Below, piece after piece: positions 39,069 through 49,301 of a DNA stretch of 64,000 nucleotides (positions are counted from its first letter, which is position 1; each line of letters starts with the position of its first letter). The stretch comes from Candidatus Neomicrothrix sp. UBA6944 (GTDB lineage Bacteria > Actinomycetota > Acidimicrobiia > Acidimicrobiales > Poriferisodalaceae): positions 22,179-86,178 of the forward strand of contig DJZU01000095.1 in NCBI GenBank assembly GCA_002448715.1. The letters are read 5' to 3'. A program made the position numbers and the translations under genes. Under the pieces are notes generated by a model. It was not told the origin of the DNA, ran no database searches, and was given only the letters and a program-made list of their open reading frames with translations.

Positions 39069-40157
39069 TTACGCTTCGCCGATTAGAGCAGCGATATCAC
39101 CCTCTGCCAGACCAGCTCGTGAGGCACTTGACCGGAGCTGATCCATCGTTACCGGATCTACGTCGAAACCCTCAACACGCTCCGTGCGAGCAATTTGCTC
39201 TGGCTGACCGGGCACCAGAATCTGATCGCAATCGCTGCGTAGTCGTGAGTCCAATACAAACTCCCTGAAAAGCTCAATTTCGTCAAAGAACCTTTCGGCT
39301 TCGCCAGTCGCGGCCGGATTGATGATGATTGAAAGCATGCTGTTAATGATGCGTCCGTCACGAGCGTTCTTCGGGTGGGCGGTTTCACCACCGAGCAATG
39401 CTGCGCTGAGCAGTTCGCACATGATTGCTAACCCCGACCCTTTGTGATCTCCAAAAGCCACTAATGCTCCACCTCGCTTTCCAGTCGGATCGGTGTACCA
39501 AAACGCATTTGGGTCGTCAGTCAAATTGCCGTCTACATCGATAATGGTGTTAGGCGGGACCTTGACGCCCTTATTTGCTGCGACTCGTGCTTTTCCCCCA
39601 GCAATGATACTCGTAGCCATATCCAGCAAAAATCCGGGCCGGCCATCCCTGCCTGGCACTGCCGCGCAGAACGGATTCGTGCCAAATCGGGCTTCAGCAC
39701 CACCATATGCAGCAACAAGTGGCGGGTGACCAATCACGTTGACTAAATGAAGCGAAGCGTAACCGCCAGCCGCACACTGTTCCGCCCAGTGGCCGATTCG
39801 GCCAATGTGGTAGCTATTACGAAGTCCCACCACAGCTACACCATGTTCTGCGGCGCGCTCCATTCCCATCGACATAGCCTCATAACCATTGACTTGCCCG
39901 TAACCAGCGTTGCCATCCAATGTCAACAGGGCACCACTGTCGACCACCACTGTTGGGTGACTGTTTACGGTAAGACGACCATTTACTACACCATCAACGT
40001 ACGACGGCAACATACCGACTCCATGGGAGTCATGACCCGCGAGATTGGCCTCGACGAGTTGATCAGCAACCAACTCCGCTTCTCGAGCTTCGCTTCCTAG
40101 GGCTTGGCAAGTTTGGACAATGAAGTTACGGATTTGGTCTGGGTGAAGCGTCGGCAC
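39069..40157 (-). CDS. Malate/L-lactate/ureidoglycolate dehydrogenase family (Ldh_2, YbiC/HcxB-like)
   Basis: GHDSHGV, HIGRIG, GTNP, LDMATS, HKGSGL. Confidence 0.9.
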   Translation of the reverse strand: MPTLHPDQIRNFIVQTCQALGSEAREAELVADQLVEANLAGHDSHGVGMLPSYVDGVVNGRLTVNSHPTVVVDSGALLTLDGNAGYGQVNGYEAMSMGMERAAEHGVAVVGLRNSYHIGRIGHWAEQCAAGGYASLHLVNVIGHPPLVAAYGGAEARFGTNPFCAAVPGRDGRPGFLLDMATSIIAGGKARVAANKGVKVPPNTIIDVDGNLTDDPNAFWYTDPTGKRGGALVAFGDHKGSGLAIMCELLSAALLGGETAHPKNARDGRIINSMLSIIINPAATGEAERFFDEIELFREFVLDSRLRSDCDQILVPGQPEQIARTERVEGFDVDPVTMDQLRSSASRAGLAEGDIAALIGEA

Positions 40158-40180
40158 ACTAAGACATTAGTAGGTGACAG

Positions 40181-41077
40181 TTAGGGCAGGATCTCCGTAG
40201 CTTCCAAATAGCCGGGCTCAAGAATCTCTACCGTTTGGTTTGCCTTACGAATTTCTTCGACGATGGGGCCAGTGTTGACCGGAATCGAAAATCCGGGAAG
40301 CCAATCATCGTGATGCCCAAACACCACTTTTTGGGGATTAAGGAGCTCTACTTGCTGGGCAACGAATTCCGCCAGAGAGCCTTGTATCGGTTCACCATCG
40401 ATGTTTCCGCGTCCAGCCGCAGCCAGGATCGCGACATCTGGGCGAATTCGACCCAGAATGCCGTCGTATCGGCCCGAAGTGTCTTGAAACAGAACCGACC
40501 CATCGGGACTTTCGATTAGGTACAGCAAGGCGCCGCCGTCACCGCGATCGCTATGGCCCGGTGCGGAGTCTTCGAGATGTGTTTGCACAGCGGTGGTGGT
40601 CTCGGACATCAGATAGGACATTAAGTCAGCCATCCGCGCTTGCTGTTCTTGCCAACTCACGCCGAGATCCCCTATGCACACAACGTCCGGTTCGTCCATC
40701 TGAGCGTGGGACCACACACAGGAGTGTTGACTCGGGTAAACCGAGACCGTTACCTCGGGAGACAACTGAATTGTTTCCCCTCCAGCAACACAAATCATGC
40801 GGTCCAGCGGAACACCCGCCTGCTCCATCACACGGACCGACTCATAGGACGCAACGAGCGTCGCGTCTGTGTTAGCGATGATACGTTCGGCACCCCACAA
40901 ATGGTCAAAGTGACTATGCCCGACCAGTATGTAATCCGCCTCTGTGATGTCTGATGCCGTAAGCCCCGTTCCTTGCGCTCCGACGGGTCTGTCTACATAG
41001 GCATCCAAAAAAATTGTTAATCCCGCCGTACGAAGTGAGAATGTTGCGCAGCCATACCAATCCAAAGTTGTAGCCAT
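40181..41077 (-). CDS. MBL-fold metallo-hydrolase
   Basis: WYGCA, GHSHFDH, GHHD. Confidence 0.9.
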   Translation of the reverse strand: MATTLDWYGCATFSLRTAGLTIFLDAYVDRPVGAQGTGLTASDITEADYILVGHSHFDHLWGAERIIANTDATLVASYESVRVMEQAGVPLDRMICVAGGETIQLSPEVTVSVYPSQHSCVWSHAQMDEPDVVCIGDLGVSWQEQQARMADLMSYLMSETTTAVQTHLEDSAPGHSDRGDGGALLYLIESPDGSVLFQDTSGRYDGILGRIRPDVAILAAAGRGNIDGEPIQGSLAEFVAQQVELLNPQKVVFGHHDDWLPGFSIPVNTGPIVEEIRKANQTVEILEPGYLEATEILP

Positions 41078-41108
41078 GTGTGCAACCTAGACCAATTGTT
41101 TCGCGGGA

Positions 41109-41882
41109 GTGAACGAGACGATGCCCTCAACACATAAGAGATGGAAGCCTACTTTGCGTCGCTTTGGGGTTACCTTCTTGCTGTGTTGCTGTCTTCTAAT
41201 GGGCGGGTGTCGACATTCCGAGAAGGATTTTAAGATATTTGTTGCTTCCTCAATGACTGAATTCGTTGACATCTTGCTTCCAGAGTTGACCGATCGATAT
41301 CCGGGACTTCAGGTGCAGATCAACATCGCTGGCAGCGGCACTTTGGTGAACCAAATCGTTGAGGGCGCTGATGCCGATGTCGTCTTATTGGCCGGAGCCA
41401 ACCACATGGCGCGACTTCAGGCTGAGAACGCGTTTCTTCCCCCAGTGCCCATCGCCCGCAACAGCCTTACGGTTGTCGTCAGTTCAAACCTTGCCGAAAG
41501 CGTGACAACTATTTCAGATCTGCGAGATGCTGGGTTACAGGGCGCTGTGTGTGTGCCAGGCGCGCCCTGTGGCGAGTTGGCGGTTGCATTTGCCAGAGCA
41601 GTTAATCTTGATTTGTCCAATGCAACTAGGGAGCCGAACGTCAAGGCAGTGCTATCTAAGGTGGTTAGAGGAGAGGTCGACTACGGGTTCGTTTATCGTT
41701 CCGATGCACTAATGGCCGCCAACGAGGTGAAGGCAATTGAGGCTGAGGGGTTAGATTCGTTCACCACGTCATACTCCCTTGCGTTGAAAAATTCCGACGA
41801 GGTCTCCGTTTCATTCCTTGAGGTTGTCACCCAATCGAAAGTGTCAAGGGTCCTAGAGGAACTCGGGTTTCTAAGTCGATGA
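41109..41882 (+). CDS. modA: Molybdate ABC transporter substrate-binding protein
   Basis: Signal peptide/lipobox, ASSMTE, AGSGTL, APCG, NVKAVL, YRSD. Confidence 0.9.
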   Translation: MNETMPSTHKRWKPTLRRFGVTFLLCCCLLMGGCRHSEKDFKIFVASSMTEFVDILLPELTDRYPGLQVQINIAGSGTLVNQIVEGADADVVLLAGANHMARLQAENAFLPPVPIARNSLTVVVSSNLAESVTTISDLRDAGLQGAVCVPGAPCGELAVAFARAVNLDLSNATREPNVKAVLSKVVRGEVDYGFVYRSDALMAANEVKAIEAEGLDSFTTSYSLALKNSDEVSVSFLEVVTQSKVSRVLEELGFLSR

Positions 41883-42661
41883 GGAGTCAACTGCCCTTGC
41901 GTATTCGCGTAGTTGCACTTTTGGTGGTGGCGCTCGTCGCAGCGCCTGTTATTTCACTTTTGTGGCGGGTTCCTTGGTCGCGAATGAGCTCTCTACTGAC
42001 GGAAGAAGTAGTTACAGATGCCATCTCGTTATCGCTAATCTCAAGTGTCCTGGCGGCAGTCGTCGCATTGACACTGGGCGTACCGGTGGCACTGCTTCTT
42101 TCTCGAATGGAAGGTGTACTTGCGTCAATCACGAGAGCGTTGATGATGCTTCCAATGGTGCTTCCTCCGGTTGTCGGTGGCGCCGCACTCTTATTTGCCT
42201 TTGGGCGAAGAGGAACGCTCGGAGCGGCCCTTGAAGAAGTTAGCGGACTGGTGCTTCCATATTCACTTGCTGGTGTTGTCCTGGCTAACGCGTTCGTCGC
42301 CTTGCCTTTCGTGGTGTTGACGATTGAAGGATCCCTTCGCACTTTGGATCCGCGCTTCGAACTCGCGGCAGCATCTCTCGGCGCGAATCAATTTCACACG
42401 ACAGTAAAAGTTGTCCTTCCAATGGTGAGGAGTTCCCTAATAGCCGCTGGTTTTCTTGCTTGGGCTCGCGCCCTTGGCGAGTTTGGAGCGACAATTACCT
42501 TCGCTGGCAATGTTCCTGGCAAGACCCAAACCCTACCCCTGGCGGTTTTCGTGGCAATGGAAACCGACCAGGAGGCAGCACTGGTGATGAGCGTGGTCTT
42601 AATTTTGGTCTCGCTGGTAGTTCTGCTTACCATGCGCGATAGGTGGTGGCCTTCGCGATGA
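41879..42661 (+). CDS. modB: Molybdate ABC transporter permease
   Basis: LPMVLPPVVGG, WARALGEFGAT..GNVPGKTQTLP. Confidence 0.93.
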   Translation: MRSQLPLRIRVVALLVVALVAAPVISLLWRVPWSRMSSLLTEEVVTDAISLSLISSVLAAVVALTLGVPVALLLSRMEGVLASITRALMMLPMVLPPVVGGAALLFAFGRRGTLGAALEEVSGLVLPYSLAGVVLANAFVALPFVVLTIEGSLRTLDPRFELAAASLGANQFHTTVKVVLPMVRSSLIAAGFLAWARALGEFGATITFAGNVPGKTQTLPLAVFVAMETDQEAALVMSVVLILVSLVVLLTMRDRWWPSR

Positions 42662-43719
42662 ATGAAATCAACCGGCCTCTTCTGGACGCCCACGTTGTCG
42701 TCGAACGCGGCGATCTCCTACTTGACGTGGCACTACGGGTCGCTCCGGGCGAGACCATTGCACTAATGGGCCCCAATGGAGCGGGCAAGACAAGCCTTCT
42801 GTATTCATTGTTCGGTTGGTTACCGCTTCGATCAGGATGGATCCTCCTCGACGGCCAAACGCTTGACGCACCAGGGGAAGATCGCTCAGTGCCACCGCAT
42901 CTTAGGAACCTAGGGATGGTGTTCGACGATGGACTCCTCTTCCCCCACATGACCGTAGGACAAAATCTGGCTTTTGGATCTGACACTAAACTCGTCGACC
43001 CCGATTTGGTTGAACTTCTTGAATTAGCGCCTCTAGTCGCGAAGCAGATCCACCATCTGTCAGCCGGCCAGCGCCAGAGGGTCGCCTTAGCTCGAACTCT
43101 TTTAGCTAAACCCAAGATGGTGCTACTAGATGAGCCTCTTTCCTCACTTGACCCCAGTGCGCGAGGTCAGGCTAGGGACCTCATCAAATCAGCGTTTGAT
43201 TCTCAACTTTCAGGCGCATTATTGGTCACCCATGATCCTGCGGACGCGTTCACACTGGCCGATCGGGTCATGGTATTAGAGAATGGCAAAGTCTCCCAGT
43301 TTGATTCTCTAACGGCGCTCAGCACGCAGCCATCAACGCCTTGGATAGCGAGTTTGATTGGCTGGAACTTTTTCACAGGCTCCGCGAGAGACAGCATTGT
43401 TGTCCTACCTGACGGAATCGAAATCGCTACGTCACACTCTGGACTAAGCGGCGAAATGACAGTGGCGATCAACCCAGGGTCGGTGTCGCTGTTTCTCGAG
43501 TCACCAGGCGGTAGTCCACGCAACAACTGGCGCTGCGAAGTATCCAATGTTCAGTTTGTAGGACAGGTGGCGCGGGTAACACTCTCAGGGGTCATGCAAA
43601 TCCACGCCGACATCACAAAGGCTGCCGCAGCAGAGTTAGGACTTCATCAAGGGCTTGAGCTCTGGGCGTCCGTAAAGGCCACCGAGGTACTCGTTCAAGG
43701 ATCCAGTCGCCCAAGCTGA
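42658..43719 (+). CDS. modC: Molybdate ABC transporter ATPase with TOBE domain
   Basis: GPNGAGKT, LSAGQRQR, LLDEP, VTHD; C-terminal TOBE ..ASVKATEV. Confidence 0.9.
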   Translation: MNEINRPLLDAHVVVERGDLLLDVALRVAPGETIALMGPNGAGKTSLLYSLFGWLPLRSGWILLDGQTLDAPGEDRSVPPHLRNLGMVFDDGLLFPHMTVGQNLAFGSDTKLVDPDLVELLELAPLVAKQIHHLSAGQRQRVALARTLLAKPKMVLLDEPLSSLDPSARGQARDLIKSAFDSQLSGALLVTHDPADAFTLADRVMVLENGKVSQFDSLTALSTQPSTPWIASLIGWNFFTGSARDSIVVLPDGIEIATSHSGLSGEMTVAINPGSVSLFLESPGGSPRNNWRCEVSNVQFVGQVARVTLSGVMQIHADITKAAAAELGLHQGLELWASVKATEVLVQGSSRPS

Positions 43720-43781
43720 CTTTCGCGCCGTCGACCCTAGTTACCCGACTGATGAATCCAGGTTTTACTACGGTCTCAGGC

Positions 43782-44564
43782 ATGAAGATTGATGAGCTAT
43801 TTGACGTTGATGGAAAAATCGCCATCGTTAGTGGTGGAAGTCGAGGCATTGGTTACATGATCAGTGAGGGGCTTGTTCGCAACGGAGTTACGGTCTACAT
43901 CACTTCTCGGAAAGAAAATGATTGCATCGAAGCGGCCTCACAGTTAAGTGACTATGGCTCTTGCACCGCAATTCCCGCCGACCTGAGTGACGAGGAAAGT
44001 TTGGCCAAATTTGTTGCGGAATTCCGGACCCACGAAAGTCACCTTGACCTGCTCGTGAATAACGCTGGCGCAGCCTGGGGGGCACCTTTGGGAGATTTTC
44101 CGGCAAGTGGTTTCGACAAAGTCCTCAACGTCAACGTCAAAGCACCCTTCATGTTGACGCAAGCTCTACTTCCAGAGTTGAGTGCTTCAGCATCACCAGA
44201 AATGCCTTCACGTGTGATCATGATCGGATCTATCGATGGTGTACGCGTTCCTTTTGGCGACAATTACTCATATTCAGCATCGAAAGCCGGCTTGCACATG
44301 ATGACCCGACACCTGGCTCATCACTTGACCAAAGAACACATAAACGTCAACACCATTGCCCCCGGACCCTTTGAGTCAAAGATGATGAGTTACGTGCTCG
44401 ACGACCCCACGAGACGGGCCGGCGTAATAGCGTCGACTCCACTCGGTCGAATCGGGACGCCAGAAGACATCGTTGGCGCCACTATTTTTCTGGCCAGCCG
44501 AGCGGGCTCTTGGCTTACCGGCATCACTCTCCCAGTTGACGGCGGAATCTCGACGCATGGCTGA
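43782..44564 (+). CDS. SDR oxidoreductase
   Basis: SGGSRGIG, NNAG, YSASK, VDGG. Confidence 0.92.
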   Translation: MKIDELFDVDGKIAIVSGGSRGIGYMISEGLVRNGVTVYITSRKENDCIEAASQLSDYGSCTAIPADLSDEESLAKFVAEFRTHESHLDLLVNNAGAAWGAPLGDFPASGFDKVLNVNVKAPFMLTQALLPELSASASPEMPSRVIMIGSIDGVRVPFGDNYSYSASKAGLHMMTRHLAHHLTKEHINVNTIAPGPFESKMMSYVLDDPTRRAGVIASTPLGRIGTPEDIVGATIFLASRAGSWLTGITLPVDGGISTHG

Positions 44565-45108
44565 CACTCGTAAAGTCGCGTTTTTAGTGGGGAGCCTGCG
44601 ATCGGCTTCCCTCAATAGAGCCGCAGCGCTTCATGCCCACGGGTTTTTTCGCGATGACACCGCCGTGACAACCCCCGATCTTGCTGAAATTCCAGCGTTC
44701 AACCAGGACCTCGAAGCAAGCGGCACTCCCGCTGTAGTCACCGACTTGAAGAACGAGGTGGCACGAAGCGACATGGTCGTCATCTTTAGTCCTGAATACA
44801 ACTACGGAATTCCAGGCCTTCTCAAAAACGCTATTGACTGGCTGTCTCGGCCATTTCAAGCCGGAAGTCTCATAGGCCGGGCTGTAGGCATAGTGTGTGT
44901 TTCCCCAAGTTCTCGCGGCGGTGAGAACGTTCGCGAGCAGCTGCTTCGCACCTGTCAAATATTGACCGATCGAACATACGGAACCACGTTAGGTATCGGT
45001 GGAGTTACAGAGTTAAACGATGGCGTACTTCCTGAAGATGCCACCCGTGCGCTTGACAAGTGGATGAAATCGTTCACCCTCTACGCGACAAGCCAGACAT
45101 CACTCTAA
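44557..45108 (+). CDS. NAD(P)H-dependent FMN reductase
   Basis: GSLRSASLN, PEYNYGIPGLLKNAIDWLS. Confidence 0.92.
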   Translation: MADTRKVAFLVGSLRSASLNRAAALHAHGFFRDDTAVTTPDLAEIPAFNQDLEASGTPAVVTDLKNEVARSDMVVIFSPEYNYGIPGLLKNAIDWLSRPFQAGSLIGRAVGIVCVSPSSRGGENVREQLLRTCQILTDRTYGTTLGIGGVTELNDGVLPEDATRALDKWMKSFTLYATSQTSL

Positions 45109-45135
45109 GAGTCGCCCCGTAGGCGCCTTTCGTTC

Positions 45136-46260
45136 CTATTTCTTGATAGTCGTCCATTCCGTCCGTTGGCTGTCATCGAAACTGGATGAGTACCTGTCTG
45201 TCAGCCCTGAATCTACCTGGAACGCGATCTCTGACACCTTCACCATGGCGTCCTTCCATACCGATATGAGCTGTTCTTCGCCTTCATAGTCGAATAGATC
45301 CGACAGCGAACGTTCCGCCGAGCCTCCAGCTTCTAAGGGGTGTTCGACCAGGTGCTTCGCTGTCACTGACAACGCTTCGATAGGGTCGATTAAGTCGCGA
45401 TAGCCGAGGTCAAACATTGCCTTCTCGCACGAGGTCACTCGATGATGGGGCGTGCCTCGAACAGTCAAACGTTGCGCAAGGGTCGCATACTCCCAGGGGA
45501 GGCTGACTATTTCGAATTCGTGATCAAGTGCATCCGCGATTATCTCAACCCATTGCAGCAGCGTCGGAGTCCATTCGTCTGAGGCGTTGTAGACCTCGCC
45601 AGATGCGACTTCTGGGCTGTCTACGACAGTCAGTAATAGGTGGGCCGCGTTGATGGCGTAAGCGCGGGATTGAAGCGTCATTCCACCATCTGGAAGAATC
45701 AGATACTTTCTCTTGTCCATAACTCGACGCACGATCGACCATTCCAAACTCGCTACCTGCCCAGGCCCGTAAATCCACGGGTAGCGAAGGTGCGAGGCTG
45801 TCGGGTGGAAATCGAATACCGCCACTTCAGTTCGGGCAATATTGGCTACTTTACGATTAACCGCGAAACCAGGCTCCTCGTTGATCACGAGGCGCGACCA
45901 CTCGCGCGTAGGCACGCGCATCCCAGCAGGCCAAAGCGCATCAGCGTCGCCCCAACCCGTATAGGCCGGAACCCCACCGACGCTGATGAAACGATCCACT
46001 CGGCCTTGAAGGAGCTCCGCAAGTTCTCGAAGGCGCCCATACATAACAATGGCGAGATCAAACTTTCGTTCGCCCAACGCACTGGCGGTCTCATCTACGT
46101 CAAACGGATTGGTATGGATGTGCTCCACCGAATCCGGAATTTGGTCGGACTCATGTGCACCTGTATGCAGAATCGCAACCTCGTAGCCACGATCAAGAAG
46201 GCCATTGACAATGTGAGGACCGGTTGGACCGGTTCCCCCTACGACCAAAGCAGTAGCCAT
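45136..46260 (-). CDS. NAD-dependent epimerase/dehydratase (atypical SDR)
   Basis: VVGGTGPTG, LRYPWIYGP, GEVYN. Confidence 0.82.
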   Translation of the reverse strand: MATALVVGGTGPTGPHIVNGLLDRGYEVAILHTGAHESDQIPDSVEHIHTNPFDVDETASALGERKFDLAIVMYGRLRELAELLQGRVDRFISVGGVPAYTGWGDADALWPAGMRVPTREWSRLVINEEPGFAVNRKVANIARTEVAVFDFHPTASHLRYPWIYGPGQVASLEWSIVRRVMDKRKYLILPDGGMTLQSRAYAINAAHLLLTVVDSPEVASGEVYNASDEWTPTLLQWVEIIADALDHEFEIVSLPWEYATLAQRLTVRGTPHHRVTSCEKAMFDLGYRDLIDPIEALSVTAKHLVEHPLEAGGSAERSLSDLFDYEGEEQLISVWKDAMVKVSEIAFQVDSGLTDRYSSSFDDSQRTEWTTIKK

Positions 46261-46437
46261 TTCAATACCTCCAGAACATTCGCCACTTGAGCATAGATCT
46301 CATCGTCACGAGACTCTTCGGATTACGAGTAGGCAACAATGTGAGCACCCGATCCTCAATCGCGAGGCTCCAGCCCAGTCGCGGAATTACCGTGCGATGA
46401 GTTCGATTACCACCTCGGAAGGGTCTACGATCAAATC

Positions 46438-47121
46438 ATGGCACCTGAGAGCTCGACCCTAAAGAAAGGGTCTCGTGTTGTAGTCATCACTGATCTGCCT
46501 GGCGTTTCTGCCGGCACCACTGGCAGAGTCGGTCGATCAATCGGTGTCAAAACAACCCGCTACCGGGTCAAGTTTGACAATGGCGTTGATGTCTTGTCCG
46601 TTGCTGAAGGAAAACTCGTCTCAACAGCGGCCTGGGAATTCCTTAAACAAGGTCAAATCGGTGACGGTCCCAAGATAAGCCAAGGAGCGGTTCCCGCCGC
46701 GGTTCCCGTCGGAGCCGCCCCGGCTCAGGCTCCACCACCTGCGACACCTCAACCGGCTCAAACACCACCTGAGACAACTCCCCCTGACCCACCCACCGCA
46801 AAAGAGCCCGAAGCTCAGGCTGCTACTGACTCCGGAGACACAAGCGAGGATCCTCGCCTCGCCGCTCTGACTGCCAAATCGCGAGGCGCTCGCAAGGCGG
46901 CAGGTATTGACGTCGACGCCGAAGACAGTGCTGCACCTGACACTCAAACGGATGCGCAAGCAGATGCGTCGGAAGACGAGGTCGACGAGCCGGAGACCGT
47001 GACCGCTAACGCTTCAGAGGTGGAGTCAGACTCGGGGCCCTCACTGCCTGATCTGCCAGACGGCTACTATCCATCCGATAACCGAATTGCTGACCTACTC
47101 GCTTCTGTCAAACAGGGTTAG
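46438..47121 (+). CDS. Hypothetical protein: small N-terminal beta (SH3-like) domain plus Pro/Ala-rich and acidic tail
   Basis: LKKGSRVV..DLPGVSAGTTGRV..RYRVKFDNG; low-complexity linker; TACGAT-6nt-ATG upstream. Confidence 0.65.
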   Translation: MAPESSTLKKGSRVVVITDLPGVSAGTTGRVGRSIGVKTTRYRVKFDNGVDVLSVAEGKLVSTAAWEFLKQGQIGDGPKISQGAVPAAVPVGAAPAQAPPPATPQPAQTPPETTPPDPPTAKEPEAQAATDSGDTSEDPRLAALTAKSRGARKAAGIDVDAEDSAAPDTQTDAQADASEDEVDEPETVTANASEVESDSGPSLPDLPDGYYPSDNRIADLLASVKQG

Positions 47122-49301
47122 TTAGCCTGCGCTCGTGGAATTGGAAAGGGCGTTGGATCCAGGAACCGTTCCAATACGTTGCCCGTGATACGTGCGACGT
47201 CGTTTTCATATCCATTGCGGGCTAGTGCCCCAAACCACGAAATCGAACCCACACTAAACACAGCGCCGCCGCCCGGGGTTTCATAAAACACCATGTCCGC
47301 CCTCACAAACGGGTCTGGGATCGGAAAAGCCACTGTGCCTTCAAATTCCTCCTTAGTGCGGAGCATGTCTGACCCAAATTCGGTAGCCGAAGCCAAGATC
47401 ACGGCATGGCCTGGTGATCCGAGACGTTGATCGTAGCGATCAACCTCTTGGCCAGCTGCTCCGCCCCCCAAGCCCGATGTCCCTATCTGCTCGTCGTCAA
47501 CACCCTCTAGGATCCACGCGGCGCGAGAAGCCTTCGCCTCTGGGCTTCTTTGATAGAAAGTCGCTTTCTCAAACCCTTGTGCAGCGAATCCGATGCCGAC
47601 GAGCTCATTCGGCGCCCTACCGTTTCTTCGCCACAGGCCTCCATACTCAGCGCCCCAAGCGTGGTAGTTCTCACCGTCACCAGTCTGCCAATTGCGAACC
47701 CCATCCTCGGCGCGCCTCAGTTCGATCGCGCCCGGCCAATGTTCGCTAAACGCGACTCTCCAATAAAAACCGTTGCCTCCTAAGTACATCAGGCGGCCCC
47801 CTTGCCTTTGCCACTCATCAAGGGCGTCAAGCATTGCCGTGGACCAGTATTCAGGGTGACTGCCAGTAACGATGACTCGGTACGGGGCTAAGGCGGCATA
47901 GCCGTCGGTATGAAGATCTTCGTCAGCGACGATGTCGTGGCCTACCTCGGCATGCAGCAAAAAAGCATTGATATCGGTATCAGGCGTAAAATTCCAACCA
48001 TCAGCACCCGGGCGTACCTGGAGAACCGGTCTGCGTCTGGAGCTGAACATTACGCCACTACCGTCGGGATGCTTTTCGTAATGACTCAGCCCGAGATCGC
48101 CGTGATCAACTAGGTATTGATGTTCTGGGCGGAGGTTTGTCCTAGCGCCGACAAAATCAGCGCCTTCAATTAGCATGCGGTGGTTTGCATACGCCATGTA
48201 AGTCGCTGACGGCACTAGTAAGGCGACTTCTGAGTGATGTGCGTTAACTGCTGGGCGCACAAAGAACGGTACGCGATCAACTCCTAGCTCCGATCGAAAT
48301 CGAAAGCAGTAGATACCGCTCGGCAATTCCGGCGGGAGGTCTATGCGGTGATTTGGTTGCCATCCGGCGTCATATAAATCGTCATGGTGGAAATGAATTG
48401 CATTCCACTCATTGGGCCCATCGCTCCATCTCTGATGGTCACCTGTCCACTGTGGGCCCGTCACTCCCCTCGTCGGCAACTGCAGCAAATGGAGGTTCGA
48501 CTCTCCGATCGCGGCGGGCACGATCGCCTCCTCCATAGCAACTTCCAACCGCCATTCGTTGACAACCGGCCCAACTCTTAGCTTGGGGTCTGCTACGCGC
48601 CCATCCCATCGCTCGCCGTTCAATCCGGCCGCTAAACGCAAAACCGGATCCTTGAATGTCAGTTCAGGTACATCCAATGTCGAAGCTTCTTCTCCTTGTT
48701 GGAGTAAGTCGCGAGCCGGTGACGCCGATCCAGGGGAACTGACGCTGACCGTAGCCACTCCACCTTCGCCGTCAATATCGATCGTCAGGAGGTACCAGCG
48801 TCTGCGCTCCAGCGGAGTCTTACGCAACGGATGCTCGACACCGCCAAATCGCCCCAAAAGTGAGGTTCCAGCGTTATAGACCTCGATGTCTGACCCTTCG
48901 CTCTCCAGCGAGATAATCACAGCATCACGTTTGAGCAACGTAGGTTGAAACCAAAGGCTTAGTGTTAAGAAAGACTCTGGTTTGCCGGTGAGTACAAGCG
49001 CTTCAGCATATGACCCTGGCACTATCGGTTGATTGATTAGGTCAATCGAAATGGTAGGAACTATCTCGCACTCGTCTTCCGAGAACCCCGGGCCGCTTCG
49101 CGTTGGATCGCCGCAGTTGAGCTTGACTACATCGAGATCCCCTGTGGTCGCCTGCAGGCTTGAACCAAACCACTCGATGGTTTCACCTGCGCGTAGGGAC
49201 CACGGCTCGCAATAACCTGTTATGAGCTTGGGGGCTGGTTCGTGGTCACTAACAGGCATTTGATGCAATTCAAAAAGCTGGTTCAGTAACTCGCGGGTCA
49301 C
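47118..49301 (-). CDS. N,N-dimethylformamidase large (beta) subunit family protein
   Basis: ITGY..PWS..GE, RGVTG..W, AIHFHHDD, PFFVRP, TYMAYAN, GSHPEY, YLGGNGFYW, GAAGQEVD, VFSVGSI; GTG 49301 overlaps the rhodanese stop. Confidence 0.88.
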   Translation of the reverse strand: MTRELLNQLFELHQMPVSDHEPAPKLITGYCEPWSLRAGETIEWFGSSLQATTGDLDVVKLNCGDPTRSGPGFSEDECEIVPTISIDLINQPIVPGSYAEALVLTGKPESFLTLSLWFQPTLLKRDAVIISLESEGSDIEVYNAGTSLLGRFGGVEHPLRKTPLERRRWYLLTIDIDGEGGVATVSVSSPGSASPARDLLQQGEEASTLDVPELTFKDPVLRLAAGLNGERWDGRVADPKLRVGPVVNEWRLEVAMEEAIVPAAIGESNLHLLQLPTRGVTGPQWTGDHQRWSDGPNEWNAIHFHHDDLYDAGWQPNHRIDLPPELPSGIYCFRFRSELGVDRVPFFVRPAVNAHHSEVALLVPSATYMAYANHRMLIEGADFVGARTNLRPEHQYLVDHGDLGLSHYEKHPDGSGVMFSSRRRPVLQVRPGADGWNFTPDTDINAFLLHAEVGHDIVADEDLHTDGYAALAPYRVIVTGSHPEYWSTAMLDALDEWQRQGGRLMYLGGNGFYWRVAFSEHWPGAIELRRAEDGVRNWQTGDGENYHAWGAEYGGLWRRNGRAPNELVGIGFAAQGFEKATFYQRSPEAKASRAAWILEGVDDEQIGTSGLGGGAAGQEVDRYDQRLGSPGHAVILASATEFGSDMLRTKEEFEGTVAFPIPDPFVRADMVFYETPGGGAVFSVGSISWFGALARNGYENDVARITGNVLERFLDPTPFPIPRAQAN

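Noticed and set aside
45640..46290. Long antisense or alternate-frame ORFs (e.g. 45640..46290, 17558..18127, 14315..14869, 59287..59826)
   Set aside because: They shadow well-supported genes and have no recognisable motifs; expected at this GC content.
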